NCBI GenBank assembly: GCA_964106915.2
Contig: OZ066914.1
Direction: 5' to 3' (one strand)
Length of the DNA: 64,000 nucleotides
DNA from: Podarcis gaigeae
Lineage: Eukaryota
A model generated the notes under the pieces. The model was not told the DNA's origin, made no database searches, and worked only from the letters and a program-made list of their open reading frames with translations. The position numbers and the translations under genes are program-made. This document shows positions 1-14,227 of this stretch, one piece after another (within the stretch, counting starts at the first letter, position 1; every line of letters starts with the position of its first letter).

Positions 1-1433
1 AGAAGCGGGGCACAAATTGTATATTATACACCTTGCACAGCAAACACAACTGCTCCAGCAACAAGTTATTTACTCCAGTGCCTTGTGCAACAAATGACCT
101 GGCCAGGTGGCTCTCTGACACTGCTTTATAAAAGATGCACCTATTCTGTAAACGATATCTTATGCAGAAAATAACTGCTTAACACCATGTATCCAGGAAC
201 AGCATCAGCTACATGAAGCATGGACTTGCCTTTCAACTGCCAACCTACTGAAGCAGGGAGATGCATGGTTTTATACCCTACTGTTCCCTGACCTGTTGGG
301 ATTGAGGACAGGTCATCAGTCAAAATAACAGAATGCACACCTATTCTCATGAAGACATGAATAAAAGCATCCACTTTCATAAAGGGAAGGCGCTGGAGAC
401 AATATTGTGTAGTTCCTGACTAGGCTAGCTTATCAGACCCCCATCTTGTCCAGAAACTGAAGCAACCCGGCTCCTAGCCACCTTCCTTCTAGGATAAAGG
501 ATCCATCGTTTTCTACAGCGGCTTGAGATTTTCCAACACTGATTTGCCATGGAAGTGAATAATTCCCTTGGTATCCAATTCAACGATCCAAGATCTAATG
601 TAACAAACGAAATATCTTGCAGCCACTAATTGGGGTGGCCTTCAGCGATACCAGCTGAAAAATACGACCCAAGATGGATAATCTTGACAGCAGTGCTGCA
701 TGAAACCCATTGCACGGAGGCTGCTAAAGCCTTCTGGAGTGTATTCCGACTTATTTGAGCGTCAGATATCCCTCTAACATCTATGATAGCTGAGCTCTGG
801 GGGCATTCCAGAGTAGCTTTGCCCAGCATTGAGACTAGCCTTCTTTTCAGATTCTTTTCTTTTGTAACACGAGCTGCCTTGCTGCCAAATGTCAGACAGT
901 GTCTCTTGTGTTCCCCGGCACTGCACGCCTGCATACTGTATGCAGTGCAGAGGACAAAACAGAAAGACAAAGGAAAATGTGACCTTTAAAAGCTGCTGTC
1001 TAAAGGAATCCTTGACCCTCAGACCTCAGCCAAGATGTGGCTGCTCCCTGCTCCCCTTGACAGCTAGGCAAAACTTCAAAGCCAAATGCAGGGAAAAGGA
1101 ACAGTGACCATCTCATTACATAATATTTCATTAATGCTTTCATTTCCCTGAAAACAATTAAAGAAAGTATCACTTGGTTATCTCATCCACTGATAAGTGC
1201 AATGGTCTCCAGGAAAAATAATAATATAAATTTACATAATATATAAATTTGCAATCTGGGTTTCATAAGTGCTAAACCTTTGGGACCTTCTTGCATCTTC
1301 TCACATTGTGTACTGTTGTGCTGTGTTTTACGGACAAGGAGCAGAAGAAATAAGCATTTAAAGAATGAGTGCAGAAAATGGATTCTGAGAGGTTGCTTTA
1401 TTGTATACTGTAGTCACAATATAGCCATTCTGA

Positions 1434-1776
1434 AAAGGTAAAGGGTCCTTTACCTTTCATGGGCAACTCTGGGGTTGCAGGGCTCATCTCACTTTATTGG
1501 CCGAGGGAGCCGGCGTACAGCTTCCAGGTCATGTGGCCAGCATGACTAAGCCGCTTCTGGCAAACCAGAGCAGCGCACAAAAACGCTGTTTACCTTCCCG
1601 CCAGAGTGGTACCTATTTATCTACTTGCACTTTGATGTGCTTTCGAACTGCTAGGTTGGCAGGAGCAGGGACCGAGCAACGGGAGCTCACCCCGTCGCGG
1701 GGATTTGAACTGCCAACCTTCTGATTGGCAAGTCCTAGGCTCTGTGGTTTAACCACCCATGCGCCACCCGTGTCCC
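1434..1776 (-). mobile_element. Sauria SINE
   Basis: AAAGGT tail and CTACTTGCAC...GGTTGGCAGGAGC...CGCCACCCG core on the plus strand, i.e. a reverse-oriented copy. Confidence 0.9.
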
Positions 1777-2360
1777 ATTCTATAGCATCTTGCAAAAGAA
1801 GCAGTTGCTTTCATGAAGGGCCTAGGTTGAATTCAAACTAGGAGCTGAACATTCAACATCTATTCTTGCTTTTTTACATACTGTACTACTTTTCTGAGCT
1901 GTCGCGGGATAAAATCAGGAAGCTAAAAGAGGGCAAGTTACTTTCATATAATATCCACCTACAGCCACCTGTTTAGAACTGAAGCGGCTCTGATCTATTT
2001 ATAATTTCTGTGCTTTCAATTGAAAAAGAGCTTTGAAGATTGTGTTTACCATCCCAACATCTCTGTAGAAGCAAGCTCATCATTACTGCTATTCTACAGA
2101 TTTTTTTTTTCTAACTAACTCTGCCTGCCCAGCTTTCCACCTCTGCATGAGCACAGCAGGACAAGCAAGGACACAAGTTTCCAAAATGGAAGGCTCTTCA
2201 GGTATTTATTTAACAAAATTAAACAAATTATTTAAAAGGGGGAACCCTCTACGCGGTTCTTTTCTATCCACATCCATACACAATCTGTAGCTTTCTGGTA
2301 AAAGAAGAACATTAAGTTCAGAGCATATGCCTAGATTTAATCTCAGGTATCTCCAGTTCA

Positions 2361-2755
2361 GGGGACGCGGGTGGCGCTGTGGGTTAAACCACAGAGCCTA
2401 GGACTTGCTGATCAGAAGGTTGGCGGTTCGAATCCCCATGACGGGGTGAGCTCCCATTGCTCAGTCCCTGCTCCTGCCAACCTAGCAGTTTGAAAGCACA
2501 TCAAGTGCAAGTAGATGAATAAGTACCACTCCGGCGGGAAGGTGAACGGCATTTCCGTGCGCTGCTCTGGTTCGCTGGAAGCAACTTAATCATGCTGGCC
2601 ACATGACCTGGAAGCTGTATGCCGGCTCCCTCGGCCAGTAAAGTGAGATGAGCCCTGCAACCCCAGAGTTGCCCATGAAAGGTAAAGGACCCTTTACCCC
2701 AGAGTCGGCCACGACTGGACCTAATGGTCAGGGGTCACTTTACCCTTTATCTTTT
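2361..2755 (+). mobile_element. Sauria SINE
   Basis: GGGACGCGGGTGGCGCTGTGGG head, TTTACC tail, TSD TATCTCCAGTT. Confidence 0.92.
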
Positions 2756-3316
2756 TATCTCCAGTTAGTCTGTAGGCAGCAGGACTGCGAGGAGAGACCC
2801 TCAACTAGATTTCTTGTACAGCTACTGCCAGAGTGAAAAATACTGAATTTGATGGTCTGATTCTGTATAAGGCAGCTCCACTTGTTCAAAATTCAGGATT
2901 AATGCTGCTTTTTTCTAGCAGACAGTAAAGTGCCATGGAGACTCTGTGTTAAACAGCTCTTCCTCCTCCTCCACTCATCAGACCAGACTCTTTTTGGTGC
3001 CAGAACAGGAGCACTTTTCAGATCAAAGTGATCTCGTAGCCTGACCTGGACTGAGTATCACACACACCTAAAAAACCCCACTATTAGGTCATTTACTTGC
3101 TACTGCTTTTGTTCAAGACAGTGAACAAAATAAACCAACAAAGGTCACAAAAACAGCTAATACGTATACAAACAATAAATTAAAAGGAGGCATTAAAGAA
3201 GCGATAAAGTAGCACCAGAGATACAGAACACCCCTCGTGATTCACTGTGATCTCAGCCGAGCATCACGTGGTGCAGTGTAACAGCTAAGACACTCAGCCA
3301 GCTAAGGCAATCTCAC

Positions 3317-3560
3317 AGGGTGGTGTAGTGGTTAAGAGCAGTGGACTCGTAATCTGGGGAACCGGGTTCGATTCCCCGCTCCTCCACATGCAGCTGCTGA
3401 CCTTGGGCCAGTCACACTTCTGTGAAGTCTCTCAGCCTCACTCACCTCACAGAGTGTTTGTTGTGGGGGAGGAAGGAGAATGTTAGCCGCTTTGAGACTC
3501 CTTAAAGGGAGTGAAAGGCGGGATATCAAATCCAAACTCTTCTTCTTCTTCTTCTTCTAC
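3317..3560 (+). mobile_element. tRNA-derived SINE with (TTC)n tail
   Basis: A box TGGTGTAGTGGTT, B box GGTTCGATTCC, GACCTTGGGCCAGTCAC core, L2-like 3' end. Confidence 0.8.
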
Positions 3561-5048
3561 TTTGAATTACTGCTTCACTCAAGAGTCCAGCACAGCCCCT
3601 CTATCTGCAACGCAGAAATAATACTCACCTGCCTTATCGGTAAGAGTCGTGTTCATATGTAGCAATAAACCAAAGTTTGTAATAAACCATAGTTTAATCA
3701 TGAATGTGACTGCCTGCACAGTCCTTAGAATTCTTCGTTTATTTCTGGCTTTCTAGGTTTTGAAGTAAACCACAGTCCACTTTTGGATGACACAACAAGC
3801 CGAACTATGGCTTGTTTGAAGCATATACGTGCCAACGTAGGGGTGGAGGGAAGACTGTCTTTCAAATGTAACAAAATGGAAGCCCTATAAATTAAAATTG
3901 CTCCAAATTATCTTGAAGTATTAAGGTTCTTCTAGTTTGATGTGCCCCAGAATATATTTAACATTCATACTCATGACAGATTTATATCTTGGCCGAAACC
4001 CTCTGAAGTGAGTTTTTGCCATAAATGGATTTATAAGCAAATTCAACAAACAGCTGAGTTTTAAAAATCTGAATGTATGCAGTTTTATGTTATAACCTTA
4101 GTGTTTTCCATTTCCAAAAGCTAGAAACGAAAATAATTTCACCTTTTCAAAGTACTAGTAAGTTAATGATTGACGATGCAATCATTCCCTCTAATATCCT
4201 GGATGTGAAATCCCCCGGGACTTGCATTTAATCTTAAAACACATTATGCAAAAGTAGGATTCATAGATGGAACAAATTGTTGTTTTTTAGACAAAGAGAG
4301 AAAGAGCAAACAAACAAACAAACAAACAAATTCAGCTGTTTAAAAGAGAGATAGATTTGGAGATAAAAAATATAACCCAAGCATAAAGTATGTGTGTCAT
4401 TCTTGAACCAATCACAGTGAAACTAATAGAAAAATCTGTTTCGGTTTCTTTTGAGATTCTTTCATTGTTGAATGTGCCTCTAGTTGATTTCATCAGGTAA
4501 GAAAAAGTGCAATTCATTGCTAAGGTGGCTGGGGTACTGTACCATTCCTATTTAGAGAGAGAAATGGTGTAAGCACCATTTTGGCAAACACCATCAACAG
4601 CAATTCACGCATGCACATTAATCTGAAAAATGAAGAAGAGAAACATGGCAGACGTGTGAGAGGAAAAGCAGCACACCACCACTGCAACCATCTTTTCCGT
4701 CAACGTATTTGCTCCCACACAGTTTTGTAGAATCAAAACGCCTACCTGAGATGGAATATCACACAGCCTGTAGTTGAGAGACTTGACAGGCAGATCAATG
4801 GCACCTAAAGCCACAAAAATGCCCATTGAAAGCAGATTTAGAACCAACATCCCATGCTTAACACTGGCCTGAAAGGCTGTTCTGAATTCAAAGTTCCCAA
4901 CGAATGGTATGAATGACTACAAAACAGGAATGGTAAGAACTCTGCATCATCCTGCTGGTAACCCATATTATGAACCGAGCCCTCTGAATTCCACTCCAGA
5001 AAATGCCTTTTCTCCTTTCAAGCATGCTACTTTGTGGGATCACTTTGT

Positions 5049-5513
5049 GACATCACCTTGCCAACAAAAGTCCATATAGTTCAAGCTATGGTTTTCCCAG
5101 TAGTGATGTAGGGAAGTGAGAGCTGGACCATCAAGAAGGCTGATCGCCAAAGAATTGATGCTTTTGAATTATGGTGCTGGAGGAGACTCTTGAGAGTCCC
5201 ATGGACTGCAAGAAGATCAAACCTATCCATTCTAAACAGAATCAGCCCTGAGTGCTCACTGGAAGGACAGATCCAGTACTTTGGCCACCTCATGAGAAGA
5301 GAAGACTCCCTGGAAAAGACCCTCATGTTGGAAAAGATTGAGGACACAAGGAGAAGGGGACGACAGAGGACGAGATGGTTGGACAGTGTTCTTGAAGCTA
5401 CCAGCATGAGTTTGACCAAACTGTGGGAGGCAGTGGAAGGCAGGAGTGCCTGACGTGCTCTGGTCCATGGGGTCACGAAGAGTCGGACACGACTAAATGA
5501 CTAAACAACAACA
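5049..5513 (+). mobile_element. BovB/RTE LINE 3' fragment
   Basis: ORF C-terminus (RVPWTARRSN...YFGHLMRREDSLEKTLML), (CAA)n tail, TSD ACTTTGTGGGATC. Confidence 0.92.
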
Positions 5514-6479
5514 CTTTGTGGGATCTTGCAATTTATAGAAGTGGCAGGAACATCGTAACCATAGAAAGCCAGGACTCATTCTGGAGATGGGGGCAGGATC
5601 CCAATACATCACCTTCTCTGAGCCCTTCAGCACGGGTACAAAGCCTTGCTGCAGCCAATCTCGCTTTGTCGTTTGGGGTTAATTCACACATTACTTGATT
5701 ACTCAACATTTGAATGAATCGACTCCACTGAAAAACTCTACGTAAGGGGACAGAATGCTATCCTTTCTGTGGGAATTGGATTTGTGAGAGCTCGCAACAC
5801 ACCAGTCATTGCTTCACGCTGCAGCCATGGAATGGTCAATGCACACGTCTGAGTGGAGACAGGCAGGCCCTTGTGTGGCAGCTACCGGTCATTCCCATTT
5901 AAGGAATGAAAAGGAGCCGCTTCAATCAATTTACCTACATCAACGGCAAACCACCTCCTAAGTGGCTCTGTCATTTAAGTGTCCGTGACAACCTTCACAT
6001 GTCATTCTGCATAGAATGTGAAGCATGAAAAGGAGAACGAAATACAGAAAAATAGACTCTCTCTCAACATCGGTAAAGAATGCTTCTTAGAGTAAAATGT
6101 CTCAGAGGGCTTAAGCTACCCGCACTCAATTATCGCAACCCCTCACAAGCCCATACGCAGGAAAGCAACGATTCGTCGCATCTAGCCCACCGACACAACA
6201 CACGCTGAGAAAAGGTACATTATCCTCCCCCTGCTAGTCGCTTCATGAAAGGGACAAAGCTCCCTCAATTCCAATTCCTTTTTAAAGCCTGTTCTTGTAA
6301 GCTTAGCAGAAAAAGAAGCTTGAGGCACCTGATGTGCGTTAAGAACAGAAGGATTTTGTTGGGGGTGGAGGGAGAATTAGGAGACACAGGTGCCAGGCCT
6401 TCTGTAGAATTTGCCCTTCTGCTCCATTAATTGCTGACATATCCTCCCCCCCCCCTCCAACTCAGCCCCTCGGGAGAAC

Positions 6480-6800
6480 AGCAGAGCAGCAGGCCCAGAC
6501 TGGTACCCAGCAGCAACACCAGCAGCAAAAGTAGACAATTAGGTGCCAGAAGAAAAGGGGGGGGGAGAGAAGATGCAGTTGCCTAGCAACCAGACAGCAG
6601 AAGCAGCTGTGTAGCAGGCCCAGGCTGGTACCCAGGCACTGACAAGCTAGCCAATTAGCACACTGTATTTAATGCTGATGTGGTTTCCTAGCAACAGGAT
6701 GCAAAAGTCTGTCTGCGACACACTCTTCCCCCACATTTCTCCCCCCCCATCCCTCATTCAAACCATTACTTTCTTTTCTTTTGCCCTAATTGACAACTCT
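6480..6800. promoter_or_regulatory. Candidate intronic enhancer with two RFX X-boxes
   Basis: GTTGCCTAGCAAC 6578-6590, GTTTCCTAGCAAC 6683-6695, CAATTAG twice. Confidence 0.55.
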
Positions 6801-9800
6801 CTGCTGCTTTAAATTGCCATTATTATTTTTTTGTCCCTGGAGAGGTTAGGAGAACTTAAGAAGAAGAAAAAAGTAATAAGAGCTTTTAGTTTCAACTTCG
6901 CTTTAGCACTAAGAGCTCTGGATATATGACAAGCCAACAGCTGCAAAACCAGCAAATAAGGAGCAGGGAGATGTCAGTATTTCAGCCCACTGTATAAGCT
7001 TTCCTTAGAATATCATTCACAATATGGTAACCGCTAGCTTAGACCACCACTCTTACATTATTTCGCCACACGGCAAAAACCCTCCTGTTTAGGCAAGCGT
7101 CTGTTTTATTGGATAGATATACTTTTTATCTGATGTCCATCTTATTCATTGCAATTGTCTCTGATTTTATTATAATGCATTTGAGGAGGAATTTTATTGT
7201 TGTGATGGGTTTCAATTGTTGTTAACTGCCCTGAGTAGCACGTAAGCACTAAAAAAGCCAGAATATAGATTTTTATATGATTTTGCCTTTTTCTTTTCAT
7301 TTTATCCAACAGAAGTCTATTTATGACCTTGTCTGTTAGAACGCAGCGCACAGCATTAAAAGCAGATACCGATATTTTGTGGATCTGTGTCTGGGGGGGG
7401 GGGGGGGAATGCAATCATCAGACCGAACACAAAAGACTAAATATTACCAATATGGCGAGGTAAGCTTGCTATGCAGGGTTAACAGTATCCACTGCCCCAT
7501 ATTGAACATGCTAGATTGATGCATAATACACATAGCAGGAAACCTGTACAAATGTGGCTTCCCTAAAACATGAGGCAACTGTGCACTGCTCACCAGAGGA
7601 ATCTGACGCACTGCAGTTCAGAATCTTTGCCCCATTACGGCACATTCTTGGCAGCCACGGGTACTCCCGAAGAGCTGGTTTCGGCCCCATGAATATATTC
7701 TCCCCAATCCAAAACTCTTGATCAGTTTTATTTGCCTAACGCGGTCAATCTACACACAAATAGAAACCGTTCTGAAAATGTTTCTTCTTTTTTAAGCGTG
7801 TTTTTTTTTAAAAAAGCACACACTGAGTTTTCCATAAGACTCACCATTGCTATCTAGCGTCACATTGTATATCGCATTCAAAACACACTTTAAATGTTTT
7901 ATTTACAGCTGTGGAGCTGAGTTCTAGTTGTCTTTCTAGTCAAGGGTTGTTTACTCAGCTCTCTAGGGTCTTGGGCAGAGAGAGCGCTCTCCCACCATCT
8001 GCTCTGTGTGCCTTTAAAAAACTGGGGATGCCAAGAATTTAAGGTGAGGCCTTATGCACATGGAAGTTAAGCCCTACCAACAATGACCCCTTCACCCCCC
8101 CCCCCATTTTTAATGGACATTTTGTTGGTGTGACCATCAACACATGCCTCTCTGAGCACTTCAGGAGGCAAGTGCCCTAGTGCATAAAATCCGCACAACG
8201 ATTCTGAGTCATTTTTCTGCATCCCATCAATGACGCCTTTTCCTCACAGCCATTTCAAAAGTGCATTGTGTCTGCACCAAAGTTTATAGGAATTAGTTAT
8301 GCTGCTTGAGCCGCCGTGTGAGTTAAAATGAAGCAAAACAAACAAACAAACCCCAAGTCCCTTTCATCTTCAAGGAATCATAGATGTCGGCCTGGTTCCT
8401 TTGCATAATTTATGCCATTTTAACAAACACCATTAATGTTTGTTACCTCCCCTTTACTCTCCATTCTCTCTCTCTCTTTTTTACATCTTCAGGCGCCCAT
8501 CCCCTGCTAGGACTCCCTAGGTGGTCACTCTGGATTCCAGATCCCAACAGGATAAGGCTCCTCATCAACCATCTTGACAGGCCTGCCTCACCTGGGGCTC
8601 AGCTGACTGCTCTCCCCTGCCTGCCCCTCCTTGCTGCCATTAACTCTTTCTTGACCCAGTGTTGCTTCCCTGTTGCATCAGTCACCCCACTCTTCCATCA
8701 CGTCGTGCTGCTTCTGAATAGACGAAGCTTGAGCCCCCAACCTGCCTCCCCATTCCATTTGTTTCTGCAACAAAAGCACTGCAAGTCTCTACAAGGTGCT
8801 GCTCTAAGCATCATTTCAGATTCAAATTGAGGCTCGAGCCAAACTAACCCTTCCATAGAAGGGTCTTCATTTAATTTTTAAGGCACATTTCCCCATCAAA
8901 ATATCTTGATTCCCTTCTTAGACAATGACACATTTATACTCTGTGAATTACTTTTTTTTTTTTTTTTTGCTTTTGTTCAACCTAAATTAGCTCTCCTTCT
9001 GTCACTTGATTCAGTGGCATTTGCTGAGATGGGGCTGGAAAATTCTCTTCCACCCCCCACCCCCCTGCAAGAAGCCAAACTGTCACTGCTTGCAGAAGTA
9101 TCTGCCATGCAATTAAAACAGGGGGCAAATGTGTTAAAGCTAGATTTATGCCCCCCAGTCAATTAAGTACCAGTTCTATTTCAGTTCCTCACACCCACGA
9201 AATAGGTGCTCTTTTTCCCAACTGCAGACCTCACTTTCCCCTGCTACCTAGAGTGCTCTTTCGCACATCTTTTCCCATATGACAAGCGACTTCTCCATTT
9301 TACTCCGGGCCAAAATCTGGTCCCACCTTTTTGCACGATCGTCCTTAGCAACGTCTCCTTGGCGCAACATAAATTAGCACCACCACTTAAAAAAAAAAAA
9401 CCCTTCAGTTAACTGAGACCAACAAAATAATTAAAAAGAAGGATCTGCTTCTTGTTCTGCTCAGCTGAATTAAACTCCTTTCCCTACACAGTGGCTCCAC
9501 CAAACAGTTGCATTCCAAACTCTTCATTTGCCAGAAATTACAATATTCAGAGGGAACTGTGCCTCGTGCCAAAGTCAGATCATGGATCCATCTGGCCCAT
9601 AGTGATTGGTAGTGGCACACCGGTTTCAGGTGTGAGTCACTCGGGAGCCCTGCCTTGGACCTTGGACCCTTGGTTTGCACAACATGATCTACCGTTGAGC
9701 TATGCGTGTCTGCGTTTTAACAGAGCGGAAGATTACGAGTCATAGGGGTGTGGAGAGGGTGTGTCTGAACTTAACAGCGCTTAAGCTTATTTTCTGATTG

Positions 9801-12800
9801 CTATATTCTGAATGTTAGCATTGCTTTATAGATTATAAATGCTGTGTTGATCTGTTAATCATACAATATGACTTTTGCTTTAATTGTGACGTTCAGCTTA
9901 TTTTTTTTAAAATTGTTGACAGTGTTTTATAGATTGTCATTGTTTCATTCTATATGGTTTAAGCTGTATTTGTGATGTTTTACTGTGTTCCGCTGGGTTA
10001 TCGTTCTTTGCTGTCAGTAAGCCGCTTTGAGGTTCATTTGAATGAAAAGCAGCACAGAAATATAATAAATCAAATCAAATGGAAAAACCCTCCCTTCTCT
10101 CTCCCCTCGCCCTACAGCAAATCTCATCCGTCCACCAGAGTTTCCAAGATGATTGCTTGAGACACTGCATGGCAGAAGAAACCCATCCACTTATGTTCAA
10201 GGAGAGAGAAGCCTTTGTCTTTCCGTTATATTGTAGAGATGCAGAGCAATTAAGCCACACAGAGCCTCCTCTTCTCCTGCACATGAGAGCGCTACCAGCA
10301 GCCAAAGGGAAAAATAATATCTCACAATCTTTTCAGACCTTCAGTTCAGCTGTCAACTGAGCCAAGTGGCTGGCAGCCATTGGCACTGCCAAGCATGTTC
10401 ACAATTGACAGTGTATTACGCTGATGATGGTTCCAAGAAGCTACGGCTGCGTGGAAAGACAAAGGACCCAGCAAAATAACTGCTCCGTGGCTGTAATCTT
10501 GGGTACGTGTGCTTGGGATCCTGACAATACACCCCAAAATTTCCAAACCACACCCCTTTAATACTTCCTATTTTGGTTTTGGAGGCAATTTAGCTCTCTT
10601 CCTGCATAAGTAATGCTAGCTTTATTGTCGAGAGGGATCAGACGGTGCAGATTGAGAAAGGCAAGCCATGTAAACATAAGCACAGCTGTTCTGGGTCAGA
10701 CCTCTGGGCCCACCCAGCCCAGTATCTCATTTGCAATAGTGATCAGGTCCAGAAATGTAACTACACAAGCGAGGTGAGAGGGTGCTTCATTCTATGTATC
10801 TAGCATGTGAAGGTGTCAGGGACAACACGTATAGGAGGGCTATATCCTGCACATAGCCACTGACCTTCTTTCTCTTTCCGATGAATCGGTTCAAGGCTGA
10901 AAGGTGTGGCCCAGAGCTGGGGGAGTCAGAAGGTAGATTGGGATTCACTGGTAGATATCTGGGTGATTTGCATTTGAATGGCAAGGGAAATTCCCAACTG
11001 AAAGCTACAAAAAGCATCTCCCCTCATTAAATGAAATGAACAAAGCTTAGAACAGGGCCAGGAAAGACGAGTTCAGTTCTGAAACTAAATACTAGTTCTA
11101 CTTCTCAGTAGGAATCATGCCAGAACCTTAATTCAAGGGTGTGTCCACTCCCTGAAGTCATTTTTTACACCTGGTTTCACCTTTTGTTCAAAGAAGTTCT
11201 AGTCCTGCATGTCTGAAGACTGCCTCTCGATGATCTAGAACACAACACAGCTTTCCTCTGCTAGTTGACTGCTGCCAGGAAGTCTTGATCTGACCAGTAT
11301 CAGGTTTGAAAACTAGACTCACCGAGAGTCACCGTGGACCAAATGTCCATGAAACCCAACCCCCTTGCTCTTCTCACACCAGACCATTCAAACATCAACC
11401 TAAGCTGATGGACCAAAGTGTGCCACAATCAGATAACAGTGCTGATCTACAACTTATGAGTAAACTGAAATTATTACCTCCAGTGGCATGAGAAGCACTA
11501 ATACCAAACATGGATCATATAGCACTTTAGGGAGTTCAGAGCACTTCACTTTAGGTTTAGAACACAGGAAGCTGCCTTTTATGGATTCAGCCAATCAGTC
11601 CATCTAGATCAGTCATCTACACCAGGGCTGAGGAACCTCTAGCCCTCAGATGCTGTTGGACTACAACTCCCATCATGCCATCAACTCCCAGCTCCATGAT
11701 GAGCACTTTGGTGTGATGTCCAAACTGACAAAACATAGTTATGAGCATCATTTTGCTAATAGTTTGGATTTTAAATTATTATTAGAGCAAACCATGGTTT
11801 GGTGTGCTGCTGGAACGGAACCCACAGTTTGCCCAGCACTTGGTCCTTGAACAAGAGGTGATTTTAAGCCACTACAATGCAGAAACTCTACGGCACAGAG
11901 AATAGTTCAGTCTTTGAAAATCCTCTGCATAATATTAATTTCTACTAGTCCAGGAAATTTATCTCTATAAGGGTGGAAACCTATCTCTAGGAACTCTCTT
12001 TTATAAAGACATGTTAATGGCATGGTGGCATTATCATCAAAGACTGCATGTACAACAGCAAAATTGAGGAAACTGACTCAGCAGTTCCTTTAGAAGCAAA
12101 AAATAGCACAGCAGTCATGGAACTGTATCATCCTCATGAGCAAAGCTGAGAAAGAGAGCAGAGACATTAATCAATTGCAGAATAATTATTTTGAGAAATG
12201 CTCTGAGAGTAGAGAGAGTGTAGAGAAAGAAGATGGGATAGCTCAACTCATGTAATCCGAATATTTAGAGGGGAAAGAACTTATGGAGAACTGGGTGTTT
12301 AAAAGGTCACTCATTTCAATTTGTTCTTTTCTCCTGTTTTCCACTGAGAAATTCTGACACAAGGACGTTTGCAATCCACATTGTGCATACTAAGACTGTA
12401 GAGTTCAGCTAAAGGTTTATACCGTGGGCCTCCTTGAATGTCTAAAATCATTTCTAATGTGATGTAGTTCACACAGCGAAAAGCTCTACATGAAGAGGAT
12501 ACAGTTTGCTAGACAAAAAACTAAACTCTGACTGGGACACCTGGATTCAAATTTGTGGTCAGCGATAGGTATCTGTGGCCTTGGGCAAAACACTCTATGT
12601 CAGCTGCCACATCTGAACATGGAAAGAAGCAATGACCTTGCAAGATTACTCTGGAACGAATTAAGGAGGTGGTGTTTTACAAGTGTGATGGCATGGTAAA
12701 TGATGATGATGCAAAATCAACAGCACAGAGTTATTCCTAGGGCACATCTCAAGTTTTGGGGTGTTTCTTTGCAATTATTTGAAACCTTTTTTTAAAAAGT

Positions 12801-12801
12801 A

Positions 12802-13061
12802 CCTTATTTTTTGCTCTATAAGACTCACTTTTTCCCTCCTAAAAAGTAAGGGGAAATGTGTGTGCATCTTATGGAGTGAATACAGGCTGCACAGCTATCC
12901 CAGAAGCCAGAGCAGCAAGAGGGATCGCTGCTTTTGCTGCGCAGAGATCCCTCTTGTTGTTCTGGCTTCTGAGATTCAGAATATATATTTTTCTTGTTTT
13001 CCTCCTTCAAAAACTAGGTGCGTCTTATGGTCTGGTGCGTCTTATAGAGCAAAAAATACGG
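12802..13061. mobile_element. Tc1/mariner (Tc2-like) MITE with internal hairpin
   Basis: TA-flanked CCGTATTTTT...TATAAGAC-type TIRs; inverted homolog of 33483-33741. Confidence 0.85.
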
Positions 13062-14227
13062 TACTCTTAAGATACTGAGAGGAAGCCCCATCTCAAAGGC
13101 ATAGAAACACCACCGCCCAGAAAAATTCCTTGATCCTAGCACAAGTGACATTTCTAAGCACACTGAGAAGTGTCATTTCAACTACCAGCCTAAGCACATA
13201 TATGCACCTTTATAAATAATCACTATAGTTTAAACAGAAATACAGTATGTCTCAGCCCAGTGGGAAAGACTGTGACCTGTGTGTTTGCTGAGTCTGCTGT
13301 CCAGACGTTAACTGTTTGTGGGATGGGAACCAGGGTGCAGGTCTTTCGAAGTTTACATTTCTTTTGACAATGGGACTAAAGCCGTTTCCCTCAAGGTTTT
13401 TTACAGAATCCTATTAGTTCCCAGACTTCACCACTTGAAATGCATGCGACCATTACAAAGCTAAACTGATTAGAATCCAGCCCACTCTTCTGTCCTCAAC
13501 TCATTCCATCAAAGAACTGCCAGACTCATAAACCAGGTGTGAAATAAAGCCAATTCACTCACCCCCTTGAGCTAGCAGCATTGACAGTGCATTAATCCTG
13601 CTACATTAATCCGCATCATTCACGGAGAGAATATATGCTATACTTGGAGGTGCTTTCTGTGACCAAGATATGCAAAGCTAGATGCTTCAAACAAATAGCA
13701 AAAAGCTTTTCACATCCAATGACCTGTGCACCCCATTGGCCGTGTTTGCATGTAACAGTAATCCAGATTTCACAAACAATGTGCTCCCAACATGCTCTCA
13801 CTTTGCTCCTCCCCTGGCATGAGTGGGGTGAACAAACCAGCAAACCTTGGCTTTCCATTACCTAAAAACTCACGATCATGGTTAAAGCCCTGGTTGCTTT
13901 GTTCGCTTGAAGATCGTGTCTTGCAAATGCTGCTTGCTCACAGTAAACCAGAAGATGTGGCATAGCATTACATGTGAACACAGGCTTTGCATCCCCAGTG
14001 TTTTGGGGGAATTCTGAAATGTGTACCAAATGCAGGGAAACCTGAGACTCTTTCAGGGGTCTTCCACGCAAGCAAGGTCATACTCAGATAGCAAATTCCC
14101 ACCCCGCACTTCAGAAACACATGGAACACATTGCTCCAAACCATCTTCCAATAGACAACTCTCATCTAGGGACTTCCAACTCTGAACATAACAAACAAAC
14201 AAACAAGCAAGCACGAGACCCAAGTAC

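Larger units (their letters stand above)
1..14227 (-). other. KLF7: KLF7 intron 2 (partial, probably runs past the window start)
   Basis: Begins at the GT donor at 14227. I saw no EKPYKC/RSDEL zinc-finger-2 exon in 1-14227 by eye or in the ORF track. Confidence 0.7.

Noticed and set aside
3317-3390. tRNA gene
   Set aside because: The A/B boxes continue into a SINE body and tail. The same applies to 15110 and the Sauria SINE heads.
5049-5513. BovB as evidence of a new horizontal transfer
   Set aside because: BovB is an established resident of squamate genomes, and these are ordinary truncated copies.
1-14227. KLF7 exons 3-4 (zinc fingers 2-3)
   Set aside because: I found no EKPYKCSWEGC or CFSRSDHL coding sequence by eye. 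Short exons could be missed; a TBLASTN would settle it.
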